DNA of 64,000 nt. It comes from a virus. Position 1 is the first letter of the stretch. Each line of letters begins with the position of its first letter. The translations under genes were made by a program, and so were the position numbers. The notes below the pieces were generated by a model. The model was not told the origin of the DNA. It did no database searches and saw only the letters and a program-made list of their open reading frames with translations. Below are positions 1 to 10,004 of the stretch, in pieces. The stretch is from IMG/VR virus record IMGVR_UViG_3300028283_000495; one strand, 5' to 3'.

Positions 1-2735
1 AAAAATATCTTAAAGAAAAATACGGCGCAGAAGATATTGAAATTAAACCAAATAGAATTTATACAGATATTAAAGACGGTAAAATGCTGTCTGAAATTAT
101 TGATATAAATGATAAAGACGTACAACAAGGTATTATAAAACAATTCCTTAAAGAAAATAAATTTAAAGATGATTTTGTCAATCAGGTAATAGAAATAGAT
201 AACGTTATAAATGATAGATTACAATTAAGTGATACTAGAAATATTATTTGGAACATTGATAAGTTTTGGTTTAGTAATTTCAAATCCTACGGTGACGATA
301 ATATAATTGAATGGGATAACATAAATGGTGTTATTCAAATTGGCGGTGAGAACCAACAAGGTAAAACTACCATCATTGATGCGATATGTTTTATACTTTA
401 CGGTACAACTATATCTACACAGAAAACAGAAAAGAACGGTAATAATAGATATATCAACAAAAATAGAAATAAGAATGCTTGTGACGGTGGTGCCGTCATA
501 GATGTTAACGGTGAAAAGTACATAATGTACAGAAAAGTAGAAAGAGAATTTAAGAAGGGAAGAGAGATTAAATCTGTACCTATGACTCTTGATTACTATA
601 AGGGAACTGAAATGTCTGACGAAAATAAATTAACAGGTGAAAGAAAAGCGTCTACACAAAAATTACTGGACGAGGTACTTGGTAATTTTGATGATTTTGT
701 AAGATTGGCATTAACAAATGCTGATAACTTAAACTCTCTTCTTTCAATGGATAGAAGTGTTTTCATTGATTCTATCATAAAGGACGCTGGTTACGATATA
801 TTTGAAAAGAAATTATCTGAATTTAAAGAATATAAAAAGGAATTAAATCTTGAGAAAATAAATGTTAACCAGATTGAATTACAAAACGAAATCAAAAAAA
901 TATCAGATGATTTAAAAGATAAAGAAGATTTTTTATCTGATACTAATATTGATATAGAAGATATAGATAAACAAATAGTAGATAATGTTAATGAAAAGGA
1001 AGACTGTTTAAGAAGATTACACAAGATGGACGAAACAGTAATGAATATTAATGTGAACGACGTTAAAACACAAATAAGAGTATCTAAAACAGAAAAGGAA
1101 GAGATAAGAAAAGAAATTGACGAATTGGAAAAGGACATAACTCTTTTACCAGAAGAATTCGATTATGATAACTTTGAAAAATTAACAGGCCAACACGAAA
1201 AATATGTTACAGAGAAGAATAAAAGAGATATCGAACTATTACAGTTGAAGAATGTTTTTAAACAGAACGAAGAGAAAATTCTCAACGTTGATAAGGATAT
1301 TAACATTGAAAAAACAAAGTATGTTGATTATTTAAGGAATAATATTGCTGGTTTGAGAATTGAATTAAGGGAAACTATTAACGAGATAAATAATAATTCC
1401 AACGTTAAAAGAAATGAGTTAGAAAATCAAAAGAATAAATATAGAAATGAATTAAATCTTCTTAAGCAAAATGGTATTGACGAAAAACAAAAAATCGTTG
1501 ATTATACAAACATGCTTAATGGTGATAATCAAATCTGTGTTACCTGTAATCAACCTATTGTTACAAAGGACGAAGAACATATGAACGGACTTATAACAGA
1601 TAGTAAAAAGAAAATAGAAGATATTACTAAAACTGGTAAACAGAAACTTGATTTCTTAAATGAATGCAATACAAAATTAGAAGCCTTATCTACTCTTTCA
1701 GATAAATTAATTGATGAAAAAACTATCGAATTTACAGATAAAATAAAGGAGATTCAAAACAAAGTAGATAACTTCAACATCGCCTATATACAAGATCGAA
1801 TTGAAGAAGTGATGAAAAATAAAGAGAAAGCAGAACTCGAAAACGTTTCTTACGATACAAAAATAGAAGAGAGAAAGAAATACGTTTCTAAACTAGACAC
1901 AGAAATTAAAAGACTATCTCTCACTATAACCAGTCTTAAAGTAGACAAGGCTCTCTTCGAAAAATGTAGAACTTTAACTCATAAGAGAGATCTATTAACT
2001 TCACAATATAAAGACGCTCAAAGATCTTTCGATGATAACACTAAATTATTAAATGAATATCTTAAAAACGAAGCTCTTATAACTGAGAACGAACGCATCA
2101 ACACCTCACTAAAATCTATTAAAGAACAGATTGATACGCTCACTTCTAAGAGGAGCGAACTTTTAGATGATAAACTATCTTATTCTAATGAGATCACTCT
2201 GTCTAAGAAGGTTATAGTAGATTTAAAGGATAAATTAGAGCGTTATATTGAGCAGGAAAAGAGAGAAGAACTTCATAACGTTTATTTAAAATTAATGCAC
2301 AGAACAGGTCTTCCTACTTATCTTTTAACAAAGAATATTGATATATTGAACGAAGAGTTGAACTCCTTGTTAACAAACATTAATTTCACTTTATTCTTTG
2401 ACGAGGATCTGAATTTGAAGTTACAACACGATGGGTTAGATGATATTATAAATGTTATTGAAACATCTGGTATGGAAAGAACATTTAGTGCTATTATTTT
2501 GAAGATGGTTTTAAGAATTATAAACTTTAAGAGTAAACCTAACTTTATGTTTTTAGACGAGGTTATCAATAGACTTGTGAATAAGTCAGTAGATAAGTTT
2601 ATGGAATTGCTTGAGGTATTGAAAAATAAAATTGATAAATTAATAGTCATCGAACACGATAATGAAATAGCTAGTGATATGATTATCAATGTAGTTAAGA
2701 GTGAAAATGGTATAAGTAGTTTTGAAATAATATAG
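1..2735 (+). CDS. SbcC/Rad50/T4 gp46-like recombination ATPase, 5'-partial; probably C-terminal part of a gp47-gp46 (nuclease-ATPase) fusion
   Basis: Walker A GENQQGKTT, long coiled coil with CVTC zinc hook, signature TSGMER, Walker B FMFLDE, H-loop IEHD. The frame is open from base 3 (NIFKEKYGAEDIE...) into the track's M at 84, and the ATPase fold only starts about 55 aa later (WNIDKFWFSNFKSYG). Confidence 0.9.
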   Translation, partial: KYLKEKYGAEDIEIKPNRIYTDIKDGKMLSEIIDINDKDVQQGIIKQFLKENKFKDDFVNQVIEIDNVINDRLQLSDTRNIIWNIDKFWFSNFKSYGDDNIIEWDNINGVIQIGGENQQGKTTIIDAICFILYGTTISTQKTEKNGNNRYINKNRNKNACDGGAVIDVNGEKYIMYRKVEREFKKGREIKSVPMTLDYYKGTEMSDENKLTGERKASTQKLLDEVLGNFDDFVRLALTNADNLNSLLSMDRSVFIDSIIKDAGYDIFEKKLSEFKEYKKELNLEKINVNQIELQNEIKKISDDLKDKEDFLSDTNIDIEDIDKQIVDNVNEKEDCLRRLHKMDETVMNINVNDVKTQIRVSKTEKEEIRKEIDELEKDITLLPEEFDYDNFEKLTGQHEKYVTEKNKRDIELLQLKNVFKQNEEKILNVDKDINIEKTKYVDYLRNNIAGLRIELRETINEINNNSNVKRNELENQKNKYRNELNLLKQNGIDEKQKIVDYTNMLNGDNQICVTCNQPIVTKDEEHMNGLITDSKKKIEDITKTGKQKLDFLNECNTKLEALSTLSDKLIDEKTIEFTDKIKEIQNKVDNFNIAYIQDRIEEVMKNKEKAELENVSYDTKIEERKKYVSKLDTEIKRLSLTITSLKVDKALFEKCRTLTHKRDLLTSQYKDAQRSFDDNTKLLNEYLKNEALITENERINTSLKSIKEQIDTLTSKRSELLDDKLSYSNEITLSKKVIVDLKDKLERYIEQEKREELHNVYLKLMHRTGLPTYLLTKNIDILNEELNSLLTNINFTLFFDEDLNLKLQHDGLDDIINVIETSGMERTFSAIILKMVLRIINFKSKPNFMFLDEVINRLVNKSVDKFMELLEVLKNKIDKLIVIEHDNEIASDMIINVVKSENGISSFEII

Positions 2736-2741
2736 AATATT

Positions 2742-2942
2742 ATGTTAAACATAGATAAATTAACTAGGGATGAACTACAAAAAGAATTTTTTGAATTTGA
2801 AGGGGATCACCCAGGAAATTGGGAGAAATGGATCAAATGTTTATTAAGTAAGGAGTATTTCAAGGATAGTAGTTTTTATAATTATCTTCTTAATAAGGAA
2901 AGAACAGAATTAATTGATAAAACATTAAATGATAATAACTGA
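2742..2942 (+). CDS. small hypothetical protein with shared C-terminal tag
   Basis: Ends KERTELIDKTLND; overlaps the next start at 2929. Confidence 0.7.
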   Translation: MLNIDKLTRDELQKEFFEFEGDHPGNWEKWIKCLLSKEYFKDSSFYNYLLNKERTELIDKTLNDNN

Positions 2943-3240
2943 TACATACGAAGATAAAGCTGGATATAGCGTGACAATTGGAGATATACAACAATGTTGT
3001 CCTAAATGTGGGAAACACGAAATGTTTCATCTCATTTGTAAAGGTAAGGATGATAGAGGATTTAGAAATGGTATGTCCTTTATAAAATGTCAAGAATGTA
3101 ACTGGAGAGGACTTAGTAAGTATTTAGTAGATCCTTATGAATTTAAAGTTAAAAAGAGAACAGAATTAATCGATAGGATGATTTATGAAGGGAAAATGGA
3201 AAAAAATATGGAACGACGACTTACCAGGATTTCACGATAG
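2929..3240 (+). CDS. zinc-ribbon protein with C-terminal tag
   Basis: CPKCG...CQECNWRG; KKRTELIDRMI. Confidence 0.75.
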   Translation: MIITDTYEDKAGYSVTIGDIQQCCPKCGKHEMFHLICKGKDDRGFRNGMSFIKCQECNWRGLSKYLVDPYEFKVKKRTELIDRMIYEGKMEKNMERRLTRISR

Positions 3241-3454
3241 ATTTCACTGTCCAGAATGTTTTGGTTTTGAATTATTTATAGGAAAAGATCACGTTCAATA
3301 TTATCATTATCAACAACCAACAGTAGTAAATAATACTCCATCTAGAATGAAATGTAAATGTGGATGGACAGGATTATCGACAGAGTTATTAGACAAAGAT
3401 GAAATGAAGAACACTAAAAGGGTAAAATTAATTGATGAAATGTGCAAAGAATAG
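3185..3454 (+). CDS. zinc-ribbon protein with C-terminal tag
   Basis: CPECFG...CKCGWTG; KNTKRVKLIDEMC. Confidence 0.75.
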   Translation: MKGKWKKIWNDDLPGFHDRFHCPECFGFELFIGKDHVQYYHYQQPTVVNNTPSRMKCKCGWTGLSTELLDKDEMKNTKRVKLIDEMCKE

Positions 3455-3684
3455 AAACTATATACAAAGGGGAAGAATTAATAATTGAAGTATCTGATGG
3501 TGCAAGATCTATTGGTAGCGGTTCAAATTTTGGAATAAACGGAGTTCAAATAAATTTTCATAAAGGCATCTTTGACGAAGATACAAATTCTTTTGTTGAA
3601 GATATTTTATGCGAAAGAATCAATATCAATAGAAACAAATTAATTGACGATATACTATATGGGAAGAAAGAAACTAAAATTTAA
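3442..3684 (+). CDS. hypothetical protein with C-terminal tag
   Basis: GTG start; NRNKLIDDIL. Confidence 0.65.
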   Translation: MQRIETIYKGEELIIEVSDGARSIGSGSNFGINGVQINFHKGIFDEDTNSFVEDILCERININRNKLIDDILYGKKETKI

Positions 3685-3985
3685 AACTAAACATAGATGT
3701 CCCAAAAGCACTTGGGGTGGTTATATAGAAGGAAGATTGTTCGATTACGATTATACTAAATGGCCTGGTTGGATGCCTGATTATTATAAACTATATCTCG
3801 ATATGGAAGAAATAGAAGAACTAGGCAAAAAAGAAGATATAGACGAATTCTCATTGGAAATGGCTAAATTAATCAGAAACAAAGAAGAGATAGATTTCCC
3901 AGTAGCCGTAAACTTTACAGAAGACGAATTCAAAAACTTTAGAAGAATGGTCCTAATGGATAATATGCTCAATTGTCAGAAATGA
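3644..3985 (+). CDS. hypothetical protein with C-terminal tag (likely start ATG 3659)
   Basis: Ends NFTEDEFKNFRRMVLMDNMLN. Confidence 0.7.
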   Translation: MTIYYMGRKKLKFKTKHRCPKSTWGGYIEGRLFDYDYTKWPGWMPDYYKLYLDMEEIEELGKKEDIDEFSLEMAKLIRNKEEIDFPVAVNFTEDEFKNFRRMVLMDNMLNCQK

Positions 3986-3990
3986 TAAAA

Positions 3991-4015
3991 ATGACAATAT
4001 TTATATTAATATATA
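3991..4015 (+). promoter_or_regulatory. ATGAC-N14-TATATA bipartite promoter-like motif
   Basis: Intergenic; five other copies in the window have N13. Confidence 0.55.
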
Positions 4016-4173
4016 CAAATAAAAAAGAGTTATGAATTTAATAATAGATAAAAACAGAGTATTTTACCATAGTTCTATTAGTAGAGCTAGATGTGGTAAA
4101 TGGGTACATGTAAGTAATAGTGATCCAAAACTAAAGAATCAAAAGGAATCAGGAATCTTATAGTAGTGGTATT

Positions 4174-4407
4174 CTACCAGATTACGCTGAAATGGAAAGA
4201 GAAGACATTATGCCAAGTTTGTTGACTGGTGTTATCGTACCAATCTGTTACTGTTATATTTATATGTCTATTAACTATTTCCATAATTACCTTATCAAGA
4301 GTATCTTTATCTTGTGTCGGGTATTTATATATCGACCCTTTCTCTTTTTTCCCAAAAGTATATCTGGGACTTTTTTCAAGTTTAGTAGAATATTTATCTG
4401 GTTTCAT
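4174..4407 (-). CDS. hypothetical protein
   Basis: Last gene of the coupled minus-strand run; its ATG lies inside the tag of the upstream gene. Confidence 0.6.
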   Translation of the reverse strand: MKPDKYSTKLEKSPRYTFGKKEKGSIYKYPTQDKDTLDKVIMEIVNRHINITVTDWYDNTSQQTWHNVFSFHFSVIW

Positions 4408-4666
4408 TTAAAGATCTATCAATTATTTTTATTCTCTTATAGTTCTTTGCTTCGTATTCATCTAACGTCTTATTCCAATCACCCATCCATCCACAAGATT
4501 TACATTTTGGAAGAATGGCTCTATTATCTTTTGTGACTTCATATCCTAATATATCGTAACAAACTGGACAATAATCATAATGAATTAGTCTAGCCTGTTG
4601 TTCAGCTCTGTCTAATTGATATTTAAGGGTTTCTATAAATTCTTGTTCCTTTTCTATGCTATTCAT
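4394..4666 (-). CDS. zinc-ribbon protein with C-terminal tag
   Basis: CPVC...CKSCGWMG; KNYKRIKIIDRSLNE. Confidence 0.75.
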   Translation of the reverse strand: MNSIEKEQEFIETLKYQLDRAEQQARLIHYDYCPVCYDILGYEVTKDNRAILPKCKSCGWMGDWNKTLDEYEAKNYKRIKIIDRSLNETR

Positions 4667-4895
4667 TTAACATTTCGTCAATTAATTTTGTTCTTTTTAA
4701 ATTTTTCCATTCTTCTTGGACATAAAATTTATCATGAAAATCTTCTAATTTCAATAATGTATTAAATGGGGCTTTTATCGGCGCTTCAACATGCACTAAT
4801 CCTTTTAGTATTACGAAACTATACCATTTATTTTTTTCATAACAATTGGAGTTCTTATTAAAACTTTCTTTAGCTTTTTCTATTTTATTTTTCAT
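4659..4895 (-). CDS. hypothetical protein with C-terminal tag
   Basis: EEWKNLKRTKLIDEMLNE. Confidence 0.7.
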   Translation of the reverse strand: MKNKIEKAKESFNKNSNCYEKNKWYSFVILKGLVHVEAPIKAPFNTLLKLEDFHDKFYVQEEWKNLKRTKLIDEMLNE

Positions 4896-5166
4896 TTAAC
4901 ATTTCGTCCATTAGTTTTGTTCTTTGCCAATTTTTATATTCTTCTTTTGTAAATTCCACGATATAAGTATCATCGCCCATCATTTCTTTTCCACCAAGTT
5001 TATATTTATCGTTATCTTCTTTACTCACACAACCAACATATTCTTTAAATTCAGACATACTATGATATATTATCCACCCGCCCTCTTTTCTGGTATGTAT
5101 CCATTTTCTTCCATCAATATCAATAATATCATACTTGCCCTTCCACTTATTATCTATCACATTCAT
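4885..5166 (-). CDS. hypothetical protein with C-terminal tag
   Basis: EFTKEEYKNWQRTKLMDEMLNEK. Confidence 0.7.
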   Translation of the reverse strand: MNVIDNKWKGKYDIIDIDGRKWIHTRKEGGWIIYHSMSEFKEYVGCVSKEDNDKYKLGGKEMMGDDTYIVEFTKEEYKNWQRTKLMDEMLNEK

Positions 5167-5485
5167 TTAACATTTTATCTATTAATTCTATTCTTTCGTT
5201 ACACTTAATTTCATTCTTATCAAAATAAAAACGCTTTTTATCATAACCAAAAGCACATTCTACTCCATAAATAGTAATTTCATCGCTCCCATTGGCTTTA
5301 TTTATAAGGTAAATGCCATCATAGTATTCACCCTCTTTAAAATTAGAACCTGGTCCTACATATTTCCCACTTACTGTATATCTATCAGGTGTTGAAAAAT
5401 CCTTTATACAAAGTACTTTTATTTTTTCATAATAACAAGTCGGATATACTTCAGCGTCGGGATAATCGTCAATTACTCTCTTCAT
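5150..5485 (-). CDS. hypothetical protein with C-terminal tag
   Basis: KVLCIK...FKEGEYY resembles the second half of 60373..61179; ends NERIELIDKMLNE. Confidence 0.7.
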   Translation of the reverse strand: MKRVIDDYPDAEVYPTCYYEKIKVLCIKDFSTPDRYTVSGKYVGPGSNFKEGEYYDGIYLINKANGSDEITIYGVECAFGYDKKRFYFDKNEIKCNERIELIDKMLNECDR

Positions 5486-6137
5486 TATACCACATTACTT
5501 CTTTTCTATTATGCTTCTGCCCTTTTAAATCTACCAGATCCTCAAATGGAAGCCAATCAGCCCCAGCATTTTCACAAACTATAACTTGTCCACTTCTATC
5601 TATACACCAAGCACCAAGTGAAGTATAATCAATCTTATTGTTGGTGTAATACTTACCACCATTACCAGAGTAAGGCGGATCTACAAACCAAGTGGCTTTC
5701 ATATTTAACGCGTTTTCATAACTCTCGTTCTTTATGGTCCAATGTTTTACCTTATATAACTCTTCTGATAAAAGTTTGCGATGTTTTTCATCCCAGTCAC
5801 AAAAATTACCTGGGGATTTCTTAGGAACAGAAGAACCAGGATTCAAATATAAACCAATTGTCCACTTCTCGGGATCACTCAGATAATTAAACTCTTCATT
5901 ATTAAGGCATTGTCCCTTTACTAAAAGAGGTAGTCCAAGTATATCTTTAGGTGACGCATCTTGTAAGTATGTCCAAACAGAGTATATTTTATTATTTATT
6001 TCGTATAGAATAACGTCTTTTTCGAAATATTCCATAGCGTAGGCTGCTGAGCCAGCGAAAGGTTCTATAATTGTATCGTATTGAGGAACAGGGTAATATT
6101 TAACTATTCTCTTTTTTCTTCCGTAGTAGTAAAACAT
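5469..6137 (-). CDS. Dam-like (D12 class) N6-adenine DNA methyltransferase
   Basis: YYGRKKR, EPFAGSAAY (motif I), FVDPPY (motif IV). Confidence 0.85.
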   Translation of the reverse strand: MFYYYGRKKRIVKYYPVPQYDTIIEPFAGSAAYAMEYFEKDVILYEINNKIYSVWTYLQDASPKDILGLPLLVKGQCLNNEEFNYLSDPEKWTIGLYLNPGSSVPKKSPGNFCDWDEKHRKLLSEELYKVKHWTIKNESYENALNMKATWFVDPPYSGNGGKYYTNNKIDYTSLGAWCIDRSGQVIVCENAGADWLPFEDLVDLKGQKHNRKEVMWYNEESN

Positions 6138-6269
6138 AAGTTTTTTTATTTTGATATATCAAAAATTTATGATATAGTTTTCATTAAAGCGTAAGTGTTA
6201 AAAAATTTTACACTCGTTTTTTCAAATTTTGAATTTAATATATAAGACAAACAAAAACTACATTTTACT

Positions 6270-7043
6270 ATGGACGAGATAATTAAAGAGTTTGTTCAAT
6301 GGATGTTAAAGAATTATCCTATTATGCTTATAATCATTGGTGTTGTGATAGTGTCTCTGTACATCTTAAAGGAAATAAAGGAGATATTTTTCAATAGAGA
6401 TCACGATGGTAAAAGCTTTGGTAGTTATTTATATCATACTGTATTTTTTTGGCTACCTAAGAGTAAGAGGGTAATAGAACTAAAACACGTTCAATACACA
6501 TCAGAAGAAAGAGAAAAAATAGTAGATAAATTACTTGTTCATAATTTCTTTATTTCTATTACTAATATTAAGACGCAAATACCAGCAATGCAATTCGGTA
6601 GCGAAAAGAAAAATGCTGTATTAAGAGATGTTATAAAAATATACGTTGAAGTAATTGAAAAGTACGCAATATCAATATTAAAGAATTATAAATTGGATGA
6701 ATTACTTTGTGCTAAATTAAATGAGATTCTTTTACAGGAGATAGATAAAGCTCATATTGAAATATATAGCAAAATGAAAGATAGGTTGGGTGAGGCTTTG
6801 TATATAAAATTAATTGAAGATCCAGTAAGAGGTTTTAAAGCACGTAATTCTATATTCAGAGAAATTTTTATAAACGGTATTACATTAATATCAACACAGT
6901 CTATGTCTGTATATAATTATGATAACTATGAAAGAGCAAGTGAAATATTAACATCTATGTATGTTTCATTGAATGTTATCGTGAAGAATTTTGAAAAGGT
7001 ATTCAAAGATTATAACGGTGAATTAGATAAATATTTATTATAA
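6270..7043 (+). CDS. membrane-anchored hypothetical protein
   Basis: One N-terminal hydrophobic helix (IMLIIIGVVIVSLYIL); AATATATA upstream. Confidence 0.6.
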   Translation: MDEIIKEFVQWMLKNYPIMLIIIGVVIVSLYILKEIKEIFFNRDHDGKSFGSYLYHTVFFWLPKSKRVIELKHVQYTSEEREKIVDKLLVHNFFISITNIKTQIPAMQFGSEKKNAVLRDVIKIYVEVIEKYAISILKNYKLDELLCAKLNEILLQEIDKAHIEIYSKMKDRLGEALYIKLIEDPVRGFKARNSIFREIFINGITLISTQSMSVYNYDNYERASEILTSMYVSLNVIVKNFEKVFKDYNGELDKYLL

Positions 7044-7071
7044 AATTATGAAAATAAAAAACAAAATTATA

Positions 7072-7110
7072 AAAATAGGATAGTTAATTAAACTTAATTA
7101 TCCTATTTTT
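7072..7110 (+). terminator. intrinsic terminator
   Basis: AAAATAGGATA...TATCCTATTTT inverted repeat followed by a T run. Confidence 0.7.
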
Positions 7111-7114
7111 TTGT

Positions 7115-7294
7115 ATGAACATGAAACTATATCAAAAATTAAAGGAACGTGAATTGGTAGAAGATTTTAAAGAATTCCGTGAACTCATTTGGTTAAGAGC
7201 CATAAAAGTTAACGGAAAACACGTTGATAATCCAAATCACGAACTCGGCGAATCGGATAAAGATATACAAGTTGGTATCTTATCTTTAGATTAA
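7115..7294 (+). CDS. S4-like RNA-binding mini-protein (59 aa, not in ORF track)
   Basis: Hand translation MNMKLYQKLKERELVEDFKEFRELIWLRAIKVNGKHVDNPNHELGESDKDIQVGILSLD fits the S4 pattern R-x-L-I-x3-A-I-x-V-N-G-x2-V-x2-P-x3-L-x5-I-x-V-G. Confidence 0.6.
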   Translation: MNMKLYQKLKERELVEDFKEFRELIWLRAIKVNGKHVDNPNHELGESDKDIQVGILSLD

Positions 7295-7354
7295 ATTCCC
7301 AATCAACTTAAATTCTACCTTACTATGAAGTAGCGGTATTACTAATCTTTTTTC

Positions 7355-7822
7355 TTAACCTATCTCACTAGCATCTTTCTTCACAGTTTTAACAGGTTTT
7401 GGCACCTCTGTTGTAGCAGTCATATTAACTGGTATATTATAATCATCGTTACTATGCCCTGAACTATGTGTATCATATCCACCAACAGTTCCACCATATC
7501 CTCCACCACCGTATTCACCACCGTAACCTCCTTGTTGATTGCCTATAATTGTTCCCAATCCACCAGCACCACCGTGTTGTTGCTGGTAATAAGAATCTGG
7601 AATTTGTGTTGGTTTTAAAGATTCACCTAATACATATACGTACAATGGTGTATTAGACATAGCTAGAAATACACCTAAAGCTGTTAAATCAGCACCAAGT
7701 ATCATTCCTATTATTCCCAATACGAAATTAACAATTATTACAGCAACTGAAAATTTCAATCTGGTTCTTGGTGTTATAGTTTTAAATAACGGCTCGCCTT
7801 TTTTATTAACTATTTTTACCAT
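7355..7822 (-). CDS. two-TM membrane protein with Gly/Tyr-rich tail (holin candidate)
   Basis: Two hydrophobic segments, then GGYGGEYGGGGYGG; lies near the lysozyme-like gene. Confidence 0.45.
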   Translation of the reverse strand: MVKIVNKKGEPLFKTITPRTRLKFSVAVIIVNFVLGIIGMILGADLTALGVFLAMSNTPLYVYVLGESLKPTQIPDSYYQQQHGGAGGLGTIIGNQQGGYGGEYGGGGYGGTVGGYDTHSSGHSNDDYNIPVNMTATTEVPKPVKTVKKDASEIG

Positions 7823-7837
7823 ACTATTCTTTTATTT

Positions 7838-8704
7838 TTAAATTTTATCGTAATTCGGATTATCCTGTTTAAAATTTCCACCAGTCGTGAAATCCTCAAT
7901 ATCAGTCGTTGTTCTTGGATCTGATTGCTGATAAGTCGGATCATTCACATTTTCTGGAACTATTTTCTCTCTGAATTTTTCCATATCATGTATGTAGTAT
8001 TGCCAGTAAACACGTTTAATGTTTTCAAATTCTTCATTGTAACATTCTACATTATCAGTATCAACAGTCCATACTGGATAATACCCCCTTACAGTCAATG
8101 GGAATTTTATTGTGTACTTCTTATCATTAGTGAAATCACCTTCTTGTGGAATTTCAACTGTCTTATCGTCAGGTAGTTGTAAGACTAAATCTATTTTAAT
8201 ACCAAAATAATCCATATTAAAGAAGAAGTAATTGAAGAGTAACATTATAATTTTTTCAGAACAAACCCAAACATCTCTAACATCATCCATAGTTATTTCA
8301 ACGTCGTAATTCATTTGCATTGGAATAGCTTTGACTTTGGTTATAATTCTTTTCCATTCATTTTTAATTTTACAATCTTTTGGTATATAAATATTTGGAT
8401 TAGCAAACTCGTCGCTAACAGAAGCAAAAGAAGTTAATGTGATACAACCTCTTGGTATTTGATCTGTATTTAATTCTACTCTGCTATCTACAATATCATC
8501 TAAATAAGAATCTAGTAAGAAACGTTCTTTACCGTACATTCTATAATTGAATGGAAGAGTTATACATCTTTTTTCGTCAGAAAAGTAATTTATCCAACGA
8601 ATTGATCTATTTAGAGTTTTACCTAAAGCAACTGTAACCATTCTTAAATAAACATTATCGAAATTATATTGATGTCCGATACTTCTAATTGTTTCACCTG
8701 GCAT
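7838..8704 (-). CDS. T4 gp15-like tail completion / sheath stabilizer
   Basis: YNFDNVYLR N-terminus, IPRGCITL and AIPMQMNYDVEI...SEKII follow the gp15 layout. Confidence 0.65.
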   Translation of the reverse strand: MPGETIRSIGHQYNFDNVYLRMVTVALGKTLNRSIRWINYFSDEKRCITLPFNYRMYGKERFLLDSYLDDIVDSRVELNTDQIPRGCITLTSFASVSDEFANPNIYIPKDCKIKNEWKRIITKVKAIPMQMNYDVEITMDDVRDVWVCSEKIIMLLFNYFFFNMDYFGIKIDLVLQLPDDKTVEIPQEGDFTNDKKYTIKFPLTVRGYYPVWTVDTDNVECYNEEFENIKRVYWQYYIHDMEKFREKIVPENVNDPTYQQSDPRTTTDIEDFTTGGNFKQDNPNYDKI

Positions 8705-8804
8705 AAATTAGCTTTTTATTTATATATTAATTTTGTTCTCTCCTAAATTCTTCTTATTTTTGTGTATTAAACTTTTCACGATTTTACTCATATAATATCG
8801 TATC

Positions 8805-9665
8805 ATGAAGCATTTCAGAATATTACACTATTTATTGAAAGATAAGAAGAATTATCATAAGGACGAAGAGCTGGCAAGATCTTGGGACACCTATCTTTAC
8901 TACCTAGGTGAAGTTAGAAAGATGAGTTCCTTTCTTATAAAACAGAAATTTTTATATTTTATAAAGTTCAAAAAATTATACATAACAAAAGTTTTTCTTT
9001 TCTTTGCTATACTTTTTGGTAGTGCTTTTTACGGTGGTAAATATATATTAGAACACAATAGTTTTTTTGAAGTAAAAAGAATAGTTACAAGCGCCCCAAT
9101 AGATACTCTATATTGTCCAGATTCAATCCCTATTGATAATTACGTAGAAAGAACAGCAAGAATAGCTGGTGTAACAAAAGATAAAATATTTAAAAAAGTT
9201 TATTTCGTTACGTTCTACTCAGAAGATACTCTTAAAACACCAGAGAAATGGCTAAAAGCTCTAGCAGAACTTGAATCAAGACAAAATTTCAAAGCTGAAA
9301 ACGGTCAGTATTGGGGGGCATGGCAAATGGGACAAGGAGCTAGATCATCAGTTGGGTTCGGCGGGGTTTCCAAAAAAGAATTTCTTGGTTCTCAAGACGT
9401 TCAAAAAGCTGCAGTTATAATTTACCTTAAAAACAATTACAGAGTTCTCAGACCATATCTGGAAAGGTACAATAATAAAATTATTAGAGGGTACCACTTA
9501 ACTCTAAGTGGAATGTTAGCGATGTCGCATAATTGTGGAACACAAGGACTCATAACATTTTTAAATAGTAATTGTACTGTGGTACCACATGACGGGAATA
9601 TACCATCATCTAATTATCTCACTTTGGGTAATTACAACATAAAAGAATTATTAACAGACAAATGA
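8805..9665 (+). CDS. membrane-anchored lysozyme-like/lytic transglycosylase protein (endolysin candidate)
   Basis: LAELESRQNF...YWGAWQMG catalytic Glu motif, GMLAMSHNCG motif, TM helix near aa 62-78. Confidence 0.7.
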   Translation: MKHFRILHYLLKDKKNYHKDEELARSWDTYLYYLGEVRKMSSFLIKQKFLYFIKFKKLYITKVFLFFAILFGSAFYGGKYILEHNSFFEVKRIVTSAPIDTLYCPDSIPIDNYVERTARIAGVTKDKIFKKVYFVTFYSEDTLKTPEKWLKALAELESRQNFKAENGQYWGAWQMGQGARSSVGFGGVSKKEFLGSQDVQKAAVIIYLKNNYRVLRPYLERYNNKIIRGYHLTLSGMLAMSHNCGTQGLITFLNSNCTVVPHDGNIPSSNYLTLGNYNIKELLTDK

Positions 9666-9928
9666 GCAACATAATATCACCTGGCAGCAAAGTAGAAAAA
9701 GTTTTGATTTGGAAAGACGAATCAGAACACGGTTATCAATATAATAATATGGTATTGGAGTGCCATTTATATTTTGATAACGGGAAAGAAGTTGTCTACG
9801 AACTTAAAAGTTTGTGGTCTTCTAAACAAAATAAGTACATAACTTGCCCTTTAGAAGATGTTAAGTACTCAAGGGGAATATATGAATACAAGAACGACGA
9901 ATATATTCAAATAGAAAATTGGGATTAA
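9662..9928 (+). CDS. hypothetical protein
   Basis: ATGA overlap with the upstream gene. Confidence 0.6.
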   Translation: MSNIISPGSKVEKVLIWKDESEHGYQYNNMVLECHLYFDNGKEVVYELKSLWSSKQNKYITCPLEDVKYSRGIYEYKNDEYIQIENWD

Positions 9929-10004
9929 AAAATGAACATTTTTTAAAACATGTAAATTTTTTTTTCATATAAGAATGTATTAACAAAAAAAATAAATAAA
10001 AACT

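Noticed and set aside
596-2752. Minus-strand ORFs 596..778, 791..1138 and 2318..2752
   Set aside because: Antisense shadows of the gp46-like gene, with Ser/Phe/Leu-rich composition typical of reverse-frame AT-rich DNA.
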